From Gemmatimonadota bacterium (GTDB lineage: Bacteria; Gemmatimonadota; Gemmatimonadetes; Longimicrobiales; RSA9), in the NCBI GenBank assembly GCA_018224305.1, contig JAGTUV010000426.1, forward strand, positions 1 through 39,671: DNA of 39,671 bases, written 5' to 3'. Shown in pieces: positions 23,480-31,315 of the stretch. The notes beneath the pieces are model-generated. The model made no database searches, had not been told where the DNA came from, and worked only from the letters and a program-made list of their open reading frames with translations. A program made the translations under genes and the position numbers. Each line of letters opens with the position of its first letter. Position 1 is the stretch's first letter.

Positions 23480-25087
23480 TCACCATGCGTGCGAGGCGGT
23501 CGCCATGCCGACGGCGAGGGCGAACGTGGCGTAGCGGTGCAGTCCGGAGAATGGGAAGTCGGGGTGCCAGTGGTCGCCCGCCTGGTGGTAGCGATCCCAG
23601 CGGCGGCGCAGCGCATCGCGTTCGTCCGTCGTGGTGTTCTCCCAGCGGTCGCCGGGGATGATGAAGATGGACGGGACGCCGCGCTGGAGGAACGGCCAGT
23701 AGTCGGAGTTGGGCGATGCGGCGGACAGTGCTGCGCTCCAGCCGTGCTGCTCAGCGATGCTGGCGGCGAGCGTGCCCAGCGGGACGCCTTCGCCGCCGGC
23801 GATGCGCCAGTTGAGCGGCGGCGCGGGCGGAGCTCCGGCATCGAGATTGATGAGCGCGGCGATGCGATCGAGCGGCAGCGGTGATGCGGACGCCATGTAC
23901 GCCGAGCCCAGCAGGCCGCGCTCCTCGCCCGTGAAGAACAGGAACGCGACGGACCGCGCCGGCGGAGCTTCGCGCATCGCTTCGGCGATCGCGAGCAGCA
24001 TGGCAACGCCGGCCGCATTATCGGAGAAGCCGTTGTAGATCGAATCGCCGGCGGCGTCGGGTGTGCTGATGCCGAGGTGATCGTAATGAGCGGTATAGAC
24101 GACGAACTCATCGCGGAGCTCCGGATCGCTGCCGGGCAGCGCGGCTCCGATGTTGGCGGCGAATACGGTTGCGATGTCTGCGCGGATCGTGGCTGTGATG
24201 ACGCGCCCGAGATCCGCACCCGGCCCCTCTTCGCCCTGCCCAATGGCCGGCGGCACGTCGCCGTCCGCCAGCAGTGCTTCCGTCATGACAGGTCCGGCGA
24301 TCAGCACGGGCAGCGTCGGCTGCCATACCGGATCATCGACCGGTGCGTCGACGAAGTAGCGCGTGTCGCCGCGACTTCTCACGTACAGGTCGTACTGTGC
24401 AGTGTCCGGCACGAGCACCACGACGCCGGTAACGCCCGCTTCGACGAGAGCCGGGACCAGCTCGACGGCGCTGCCGCCGAGCGGACCGAGGAACACCGCT
24501 ACTCCCCCCGCCGGCACCGCCGGAGCGCGCGCCCCGGCATGCACCGCCTGGCCGAGGAAGAACGCGCGTCCCTCGAAGTCGCGAAACGCCCCCGCACCCC
24601 CGGTGTTCACGATGAAGTCGTGCGTGTTGCGGAAGGTGCGGGTGCCGGTGCGCGCGGCTATGGTGACCTGTGTGGCGTCATCGATGCGCGCGCGGCGGAG
24701 CGGCATCGGCAGCATGAACGAGCGGTCATCGCTCAGCGGCTCGAGACCCAGCCGCTCGAGCTGGCTCACGATGTACGCAGCGGCCAGCCGCTCGCCCTCG
24801 GTGCCCGTGCCGCGGCCGGCCAGCATGTCATCAGCGAGGAACCGCGTGTGTGCACGGATGGCGAGCGAATCGATTCCGGCCCCGTTCGCTCCGGCCCCTG
24901 CCGCACGCGCACGCTGCGGAGCCGTGACCTGTGCGCAGGCAGCGCGCGCTTCGGTCACGAGCAGCGAACCGGCGAGCAGCAGAGGTACGCACAGCGAGCG
25001 AACGCGCACCGGACGTCCGGCTGTACGTCGGCGCGGGCTCTCCGCACAACCGGCGACGAGAGTCAGGTGCAGGAGGTGCATCATCAC
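23480..25087 (-). CDS. M28 family aminopeptidase with protease-associated-like insert (secreted)
   Basis: Has a signal peptide. M28 blocks are AHYDHLG, FSDNAAGVAMLLAIAE, FLFFTGEERGLLGS and YHQAGDH. The exact start lies among GTG/ATG/ATG at 25087-25079. Confidence 0.85.
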   Translation of the reverse strand: MMMHLLHLTLVAGCAESPRRRTAGRPVRVRSLCVPLLLAGSLLVTEARAACAQVTAPQRARAAGAGANGAGIDSLAIRAHTRFLADDMLAGRGTGTEGERLAAAYIVSQLERLGLEPLSDDRSFMLPMPLRRARIDDATQVTIAARTGTRTFRNTHDFIVNTGGAGAFRDFEGRAFFLGQAVHAGARAPAVPAGGVAVFLGPLGGSAVELVPALVEAGVTGVVVLVPDTAQYDLYVRSRGDTRYFVDAPVDDPVWQPTLPVLIAGPVMTEALLADGDVPPAIGQGEEGPGADLGRVITATIRADIATVFAANIGAALPGSDPELRDEFVVYTAHYDHLGISTPDAAGDSIYNGFSDNAAGVAMLLAIAEAMREAPPARSVAFLFFTGEERGLLGSAYMASASPLPLDRIAALINLDAGAPPAPPLNWRIAGGEGVPLGTLAASIAEQHGWSAALSAASPNSDYWPFLQRGVPSIFIIPGDRWENTTTDERDALRRRWDRYHQAGDHWHPDFPFSGLHRYATFALAVGMATASHAW

Positions 25088-25117
25088 AGAATCCCCGTGC
25101 AGAAGTGAAGCCTGCGA

Positions 25118-25870
25118 TCAGCCTCGCAGTACCTTGTCGGCGTACCCGTTGTCCGGGTTGCCGCCGCGCTTCAGCACCTTGTCGACCGTGCCCGGTCCGC
25201 GGTTGTATGCCAGCAGCGCGAGTCGCACGTCGCCCTTGTACTTGTCGATCATCTGATCGAGGTACTGGAACCCGAGGCGCAGGTTCGTATGACGGTCGTA
25301 CAGATCCTCCGTGCTCGTGCCAGGCACCAGCCATGCGGCCGTCCGTGGCATCACCTGCGTGAGCCCGCGTGCGCCGACGTGACTCACCGCCTTCTCATTG
25401 AACGTACTCTCCGTCCTCACGAGACCGAACGCAAGCTTCGGCGCGATATTCTCCTCGCGCGCAATGTCGTAGATGTCCTCGGCGAGGTCGCGGCTGATAT
25501 CGTACTTCGACACCGCATCCTCCACCAGCGCGTTGCGTGCGGCGTCCTCGCGCGTCGACGCGATGCGGTTGACGAGGTTCTCCTCCACGTCACCACCAGC
25601 GGCCGCCGCCGTTTCCGGATCTGCGGCGTCCCTGTCGGACGTCGGCTCCGATGGCGCCTTTGTGGCCTGCACCATCGGCAGCGCCATTCCGGCCAGACCC
25701 AGACCGATCAGTGGCTGGCGGAATCGGCGGAACATGTCCTTTCGGCTCCCGGGCTCAGTCGCGGCAGCAGCCTCGCTGGCCGCGTCGTCTTCGCGACGGT
25801 GCGGGCTGTCAGGGCCGCCTTCTCCCTGTGTGTCGTCCTGACGACGGCTCCGTGTGTCGGGTGAGGCCAT
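25118..25870 (-). CDS. Lytic transglycosylase domain protein (GH23 / SLT)
   Basis: FGLVRTESTFNEKAVSHVGARGLTQVMP contains the catalytic E-S motif, and LLAYNRGPG is also present. GGAAGGAG lies upstream of ATG 25870. The N-terminal region is charged and low-complexity, followed by a hydrophobic segment. Confidence 0.85.
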   Translation of the reverse strand: MASPDTRSRRQDDTQGEGGPDSPHRREDDAASEAAAATEPGSRKDMFRRFRQPLIGLGLAGMALPMVQATKAPSEPTSDRDAADPETAAAAGGDVEENLVNRIASTREDAARNALVEDAVSKYDISRDLAEDIYDIAREENIAPKLAFGLVRTESTFNEKAVSHVGARGLTQVMPRTAAWLVPGTSTEDLYDRHTNLRLGFQYLDQMIDKYKGDVRLALLAYNRGPGTVDKVLKRGGNPDNGYADKVLRG

Positions 25871-26014
25871 GTCCGGTACTCCTTCCGGTACTGTAATTCA
25901 TTATGTGACAATGCCTTGGTACAATCTACAACAAGTGCACCATCCGTGCCGGCGAACGCACGGAAGGATCGTCATTTTCCGGCAATGTGACGCCATAATG
26001 TGTACATCAGGCGC

Positions 26015-26890
26015 TCAACGCACCAGGCAGTTGACTTCCGACAGGAACGGCTGTCCGCGGGCGGGTCCCGTCTCCGTTGCCAGCAGCAGGGTGTCCCCGC
26101 CAGCGATCGCAACAGCCTCGCCCTGCGGCTCGCCAAGGCTGGTGACGGGGAAGCCCGGGCCGAGGCCGACCAGCGTGTCACCGTCGAACCGATACATCGT
26201 GATACTGCTGTAGGTGCGGATAGCGATGCGCTGTCCGTCCGGCGCGGCGTCCGCTCCCGTCACCTGGTCGGGAATCTGCGCAACGCCATCGCGCAACTGC
26301 TGCACGCGCTCGAGCGTCACCCGCTCGTCGGGCCGGAGCGGCGGCGGGTAGCGGAACAGCGAGATGTCATGGCGGCGGCCCTTGGTGACGATGTAGAGCG
26401 TGGTATCCGGCATGACGAAGAGTGCTTCCGCATCGACGGGTCCGTCGGGGTACCGGATCGGGTAGCGGACGACGTCGACCGGTTGGCGTGCATCGATGCG
26501 GGGTTCCGTGATGCGCAGGATGGCGCGATCATCGCGGTCGTGCCGATTATCGCCGATGTCACCGATGTAGAGGCACTGGCCGGCAGGACACGGGCCAGCG
26601 GCGATGTCCTCCCAGTCGGATTGCGGACCGGCTTCCGGGAGCGCAATCTCGGCGAGCACGCTGCCCGCGCGGTCGATGGCGTACAGTGTGGCCGCACCTT
26701 CGGAATCGTTGTGTGCCCAGAGGACGGCGGGATCCTGGCGCGAGACTGCCAGTCCGCTGGCCTCGAGGAGCTGCGGCGGCAGGTCGGCGATGCGCCGGGC
26801 ATCGACGCATACGAATTGCGTGTGGGGCGCGGCGCACGATGTGAGCGTCAGCATGATGCAGGCGCCGTAAAGAGCGTAGTTCAAGATCAT
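26015..26890 (-). CDS. Hypothetical lipoprotein (probable beta-propeller)
   Basis: 291 aa. MILNYALYGACIMLTLTSC has a lipobox-like L-T-S-C. Repeated beta-strand-like blocks (EASGLAVS, WEDIAAG, YIGDIGDN) occur throughout. Third positions are G/C-rich, unlike the antisense frame. Confidence 0.65.
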   Translation of the reverse strand: MILNYALYGACIMLTLTSCAAPHTQFVCVDARRIADLPPQLLEASGLAVSRQDPAVLWAHNDSEGAATLYAIDRAGSVLAEIALPEAGPQSDWEDIAAGPCPAGQCLYIGDIGDNRHDRDDRAILRITEPRIDARQPVDVVRYPIRYPDGPVDAEALFVMPDTTLYIVTKGRRHDISLFRYPPPLRPDERVTLERVQQLRDGVAQIPDQVTGADAAPDGQRIAIRTYSSITMYRFDGDTLVGLGPGFPVTSLGEPQGEAVAIAGGDTLLLATETGPARGQPFLSEVNCLVR

Positions 26891-26908
26891 CCTGTAAACG
26901 TAGGCGAC

Positions 26909-27424
26909 ATGACGAGAGCTGCAACTGGAGATGCGAAGACGGACCGGATCGGCGTGCTGTTCGTATGTCTCGGCAACATCTGCCGGTCACCGCTGGCCGA
27001 GGGCGTGTTCCGTGACGTAGCGGATGCGGAAGGCCTCGCGGGTCGATTCGACATCGATTCGGCGGGCACGTCGGACTACCACACGGGTGATCCGCCCGAT
27101 CCGCGGACGGTGGGTGAAGCGAAACGCCGGGGTCTGGTGCTGGAGCATTCGGCCCGGCAGATCCGTGTAGAGGACTTCGCACGATTCGATTATGTAATCG
27201 CCATGGACGCGAGCAATCTCGGCAAGATCGAACGGCTGGCGAAATCGATGTCCCATGATGCGGAGCTGCATCTGTTGCGTGCGTTCGATGGCGATGCGGG
27301 CGATGACCTGGAGGTACCGGACCCGTACTTCGGCGGGCCGGACGGGTTTTCGGACGTACACGACATGGTGGAGCGGTCATGCAGGACGCTGCTGGAACAC
27401 ATCCGCTCGCACCACGCGCTGTGA
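26909..27424 (+). CDS. Low-molecular-weight protein-tyrosine phosphatase
   Basis: VLFVCLGNICRSPLAEG is the CX5R(S) P-loop, and the DPYFG Asp loop is present. ATG 26909 is used; GTG 26954 is an alternative. The long N-terminal extension of the track ORF (from 26000) is antisense to the lipoprotein gene and is rejected. Confidence 0.9.
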   Translation: MTRAATGDAKTDRIGVLFVCLGNICRSPLAEGVFRDVADAEGLAGRFDIDSAGTSDYHTGDPPDPRTVGEAKRRGLVLEHSARQIRVEDFARFDYVIAMDASNLGKIERLAKSMSHDAELHLLRAFDGDAGDDLEVPDPYFGGPDGFSDVHDMVERSCRTLLEHIRSHHAL

Positions 27425-28293
27425 CGCTCCCAGACGAGATTCGCACTGACATCGAGCACGACCTCGGTGTCCGGATCGAGAGGGTGGACGGAGTCGGCGG
27501 CGGCTGCATCAGCCCGGCGTACCGGCTACGGTGCGCTGATGGCGTGAGCATATTTCTGAAGACCGCGCCGCCAAGTGCACCGGATGACATGCTGGCGCAG
27601 GAGGCGGTGTCGCTCGAGCGTATCGCGGCAACGGATACGGTGCGGGTGCCGCGGGTGCTGGCACGACCGGGTACATGGCTGGCCCTGGAGTGGCTGGAGC
27701 CTGCGCGCGGCAGCGATGCGGGGTGGGCCGTGCTCGGCGCTGAACTGGCACGCATGCACCGAAGCAGTGCGGAACAGTACGGTTGGGAGTCGCCGAACTT
27801 TATCGGCCCCCTGCCGCAAGCGAACGAACGGTCGCACGACTGGCCGTCGTTCTGGGGCGCTCAGCGGCTGCGCCCTCAGCTGCGGCAGGCGCGTGATCGG
27901 TTGGGCGGCGAGGCCATTGAGCGTTTCGAGCAACTGCTCGAGGAACTGGACGAGAGGCTGTCAGCGGCCGTGCCGGACGGAGCCTCGCTGCTGCACGGCG
28001 ACCTGTGGGCGGGCAACGTTCATTTCACTGCAGGCGGCGTCGCGGTCATCGATCCATCCAGTTACTACGGCCATCGCGAAGTCGATCTCGCGATGGCCGC
28101 GTTGTTCGGTGGATTTCCGCCGGCGTTCTTCGACGCATACTCGGCGGAGTGGCCGCTGCACGAGGGTGCGGACGCGCGTCGCGGCATCTACCAGCTGTAT
28201 TACCTGCTCGTGCACGTCAATCTGTTCGGCGGCGGGTACGTCGCGCAGACAGGCGGCGTTCTCGCATCGGTGCTCTCCCGTCGTCCCGACTGA
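27421..28293 (+). CDS. Fructosamine/ketosamine-3-kinase family protein
   Basis: LLHGDLWAGNV and IDPSSYYGHREVDLAM are the family's catalytic blocks. GTG 27421 overlaps the PTP stop (GTGA). The track start at 27379 is an alternative. Confidence 0.85.
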   Translation: MTLPDEIRTDIEHDLGVRIERVDGVGGGCISPAYRLRCADGVSIFLKTAPPSAPDDMLAQEAVSLERIAATDTVRVPRVLARPGTWLALEWLEPARGSDAGWAVLGAELARMHRSSAEQYGWESPNFIGPLPQANERSHDWPSFWGAQRLRPQLRQARDRLGGEAIERFEQLLEELDERLSAAVPDGASLLHGDLWAGNVHFTAGGVAVIDPSSYYGHREVDLAMAALFGGFPPAFFDAYSAEWPLHEGADARRGIYQLYYLLVHVNLFGGGYVAQTGGVLASVLSRRPD

Positions 28294-28310
28294 GTGGCCT
28301 GCGGCGGCGC

Positions 28311-29039
28311 TCAGGTCGAGGGCGGGCCGAAGCCGAGGACGCCCATGATAATGCCAGGCACCGCGAAAATGATCCATACGACGGCCGCGATGACCGCTGC
28401 GCGCGCCATACTGACCTTGTAGATCACGCTGAGACCGATCGCCCACAGGGCCGCCTGCCAGATCGCGAAGATGTCGAGGCGCTGGAGGATGGCAACGAGC
28501 GTCTTGTCCATGTCGGGGCTGCCGATGAAGCGGAGCGGACCGAACGACATGCTCCGGATCATGTCGAAGCCGGCTTCACCGGCGACGATGACGAGTACGC
28601 TCGCGAGGATCTGCGAGAGCAGAAGCACGAAGGACGCGTACGTCGCGATGAGCATGGTGCGCGAGAAGTCAGTCCGGATATCGGCGATGCGGCCGCCGAG
28701 CCACAGCAGTGCTGCGGCCGCGGCGGTCATCAGCAGGTACATGATCGGGACACCGATGACACCGAAGTATGTCATCATGCTGACCATCCCCTCCGGCATC
28801 TGCGCCTGCTGCTCGGGCGGGATGGAGCCGCGAACGACGATGCGGTTGGCCGGGATCATGATCAGGTAGAACAGGATCCCGAGCGCGAGCAGCGTGAGCA
28901 GCGGCGGCGCGACTTTGTCGTGCGCGCGGCGGCGGAAAAGCTCGAACGGCGAGAAGTAGACGTCGATGTAATCTTCCCAGCGCGAAGCCGTTGCTGTCGG
29001 CTCCTGGCCGGCCTGCGTCGTCACGTCATCGTGATCCAT
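28311..29039 (-). CDS. Yip1-family integral membrane protein
   Basis: 242 aa. After a soluble N-terminus (WEDYIDVYFSPFELF) it has five or so hydrophobic helices, an architecture typical of YIP1-domain proteins. The family call has moderate confidence. Confidence 0.65.
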   Translation of the reverse strand: MDHDDVTTQAGQEPTATASRWEDYIDVYFSPFELFRRRAHDKVAPPLLTLLALGILFYLIMIPANRIVVRGSIPPEQQAQMPEGMVSMMTYFGVIGVPIMYLLMTAAAAALLWLGGRIADIRTDFSRTMLIATYASFVLLLSQILASVLVIVAGEAGFDMIRSMSFGPLRFIGSPDMDKTLVAILQRLDIFAIWQAALWAIGLSVIYKVSMARAAVIAAVVWIIFAVPGIIMGVLGFGPPST

Positions 29040-29062
29040 TGCGGACTCCGGGTCGGGGGTGC

Positions 29063-30268
29063 TCAGGTCGAAGCGGCGCCGGCTGCAATGCCGTGGAGCA
29101 GCTCTCCGGTGCGGCGGATTCCCTCGAGGATTTCCGCCTCGGGAGCGGCGAAGGAAAGCCGGACATAACGATCATCGCCGAACGCGGCGCCCGGAACCAG
29201 CGCGACGCCGGTGTGCTCGAGCAGGTAGTTGCAGAACTCGATGGAACCGGCCCGGCCCGGCTGGTAGTAGTCGTCCACGCGGACGAAGATGTAGAACGCG
29301 CCGTCCGGCTCCGGGAAGTCCGCTTTCGGTAGCAGCTCTCGCAGTGCGTTGGCGGCATGATCGCGCCGTCGCCGGAAGACGCGCACCATCGCGCGCAGCG
29401 CTTCGTGCACGCGCGGCTCATCCTGATACGCCGCGAGCGCGGCCGCCTGCGCGGGCGAGGACGCACCGGACGTGATATGGCTCTGGAGCGATGTGAGCTG
29501 TGCGGCTAGCGCCGGTGACGAGTAGCTGAAACCGACGCGCCAGCCGGTCATCGCAAAGCTCTTCGAAACGCCGTCGACCAGGACGACGCGCTCGAGTAGC
29601 GATGCGTCGGCATCGAGCACGCTCGGTGCGCGTTCAGCCGAGTAGCACATGCGGCCGTAGATCTCATCGCTCAACACCCAGATGCCGCGCTCGGCGGCCC
29701 AGAGCAGTATCGCATCCAGCTCGGCCTGTTCGTATACCGCGCCGGACGGGTTTCCGGGCGTGTTCAGGATCAGGCCGCGGGTGTTGTCGGTGACCGCGGC
29801 ATCGAGCGCGGCGACATCGACCTTGAGTGTGTCGGTGTTGCTCTGTACGAGGACGGTGCGCGCGCGGGCGAGCGACACGATCTCGGGGTAACTCGTCCAG
29901 TACGGGACGGGGACGAGCACGTCATCGCCGGGACCGAAGAGAGTGAAGCAGACATTGAAGACGGCCTGCTTGGCACCGTTGCTGACCACGACGCCGGCCG
30001 GGTCGGTCGACTTGCCGGTGCTCCGCGACAGGTGCGCCGCGATGCTGGCGCGCAGCGACTGCACACCGGGCACCGGGGTATACTGCGTGAAGCCCTGTTC
30101 AATGGCTGCGATTCCCGCCTGGGCGGCGAATTCAGGCGTGCGGAAGTCCGGCTCGCCGGCGCTCAGGTCCAGCACGTCTTTGCCGCTCGCGCGCAGTTGA
30201 CGGCACAGCGCGGTCACAGCCAGGGTCGCCGAGGGTTGCAGCTCGCGGACGTTATCGCTGATGTGCAT
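29063..30268 (-). CDS. Class I/II PLP-dependent aminotransferase (aspartate aminotransferase-like)
   Basis: 401 aa. Blocks DLSAGEPDF, NTPGNPSG and the PLP-lysine block SKSFAMTGWRVG are present. Confidence 0.9.
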   Translation of the reverse strand: MHISDNVRELQPSATLAVTALCRQLRASGKDVLDLSAGEPDFRTPEFAAQAGIAAIEQGFTQYTPVPGVQSLRASIAAHLSRSTGKSTDPAGVVVSNGAKQAVFNVCFTLFGPGDDVLVPVPYWTSYPEIVSLARARTVLVQSNTDTLKVDVAALDAAVTDNTRGLILNTPGNPSGAVYEQAELDAILLWAAERGIWVLSDEIYGRMCYSAERAPSVLDADASLLERVVLVDGVSKSFAMTGWRVGFSYSSPALAAQLTSLQSHITSGASSPAQAAALAAYQDEPRVHEALRAMVRVFRRRRDHAANALRELLPKADFPEPDGAFYIFVRVDDYYQPGRAGSIEFCNYLLEHTGVALVPGAAFGDDRYVRLSFAAPEAEILEGIRRTGELLHGIAAGAAST

Positions 30269-30293
30269 GAATTCCGGATTCGGGTAGGATCAC

Positions 30294-31010
30294 GTGAGGA
30301 ATATGTCGGCGGCGGGCGAGTCGGACAAGGAGCACGGCGCGCCTGTTGCACGCGGGCGTGCGCCCGGCGACATTGAGCGGGCCCGAACAGGAGTACTGGT
30401 GGAGGGAACGCGGCTGGTCCTCTTTGCCGATTATGTCTGCCCCTTCTGCTTTCTGGCAGAAGCCGTGACGTCCCGGCTGGATGACGGGGCGGTGGACGGG
30501 GCGGCGTTCGAGCTCCGGCCGGCGGGCACACCGCTGCCGGATCTCGATGCGGCGTGGCTGCGGGAGGCGTGGACACGCTCGGTCGAGCCGCTGGCGGCGG
30601 AGCTGGGTGTATCGATCACGCGGCCGGGACGTGCAACGCGTACGCGCAAGCCGCACGAAGCGGCCGCGTACGCGCGCAGCGTGGGCCTGCATGCGGCGAT
30701 GCGTTCGGCGATCTACGCCGCGTACTGGCAGCAGGGCCGCGACATCGGCCGTATCGACGTGCTCGTCGAGATCGGGCGGAGCGTCGGCCTGGACCCGGGG
30801 GGTCTCCGGGTCGCACTGGACATCGACCAGTGGACGGCGCGCGTGGACGAGGATGAAGCGTGGGCGGCAGAGTTGGGTCTGGGCGGCGTGCCCGCGTATG
30901 TGCTGACGACCGGTGACGAGTCTGGCACGCGTGTCGCAGCCGGTATCCGCGTCGGGTTGCAGCGGTACGAAGAACTCACAGCGTGGATGGAACGCAACAA
31001 TGACATATGA
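30294..31010 (+). CDS. DsbA-family thiol:disulfide oxidoreductase (FrnE-like)
   Basis: FADYVCPFCF carries the CPFC active site, and GVPAYVL is the cis-Pro loop region. The start is ambiguous between GTG 30294 and ATG 30302. Confidence 0.8.
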   Translation: MRNMSAAGESDKEHGAPVARGRAPGDIERARTGVLVEGTRLVLFADYVCPFCFLAEAVTSRLDDGAVDGAAFELRPAGTPLPDLDAAWLREAWTRSVEPLAAELGVSITRPGRATRTRKPHEAAAYARSVGLHAAMRSAIYAAYWQQGRDIGRIDVLVEIGRSVGLDPGGLRVALDIDQWTARVDEDEAWAAELGLGGVPAYVLTTGDESGTRVAAGIRVGLQRYEELTAWMERNNDI

Positions 31011-31314
31011 GCGGATGACGGCAGCGCCGTCGCGCGAGGTATTGCGCATGGCGGAAGAAATGCTGACGCAGCGGCTGCCGATCAGCAGGACGGGCGGCGA
31101 TCACCACAGCCTCACGCTCGAGGGCGGCGATGGCGCGGTGACCTTCACAGTGCACCGTCATGGTCTCGAGACGCAGGTGCACGCGGCGACCGATCAGCTG
31201 CGCACGTCGCGGCTCGATCAGGATGTGCAGTACTTCATGACGATGCTGCCGTACCAGCCCGGCGATGTGCGGGGCGCGGGCACGGCGCAGCCCGGCGCGC
31301 TGTCGAGGAGTTGA
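31000..31314 (+). CDS. Small hypothetical protein
   Basis: 104-aa product from ATG 31000, overlapping the DsbA-like stop by 11 nt. Third positions are strongly G/C-rich. Its stop lies 1 nt before the GTG of the helicase-like gene. No family recognised. Confidence 0.55.
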   Translation: MTYERMTAAPSREVLRMAEEMLTQRLPISRTGGDHHSLTLEGGDGAVTFTVHRHGLETQVHAATDQLRTSRLDQDVQYFMTMLPYQPGDVRGAGTAQPGALSRS

Positions 31315-31315
31315 G

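Noticed and set aside
26000-26908. 303-aa N-terminal extension of the LMW-PTP ORF
   Set aside because: It is antisense to the lipoprotein gene, has Arg/Asp-rich shadow composition, and LMW-PTPs are ~150-170 aa.
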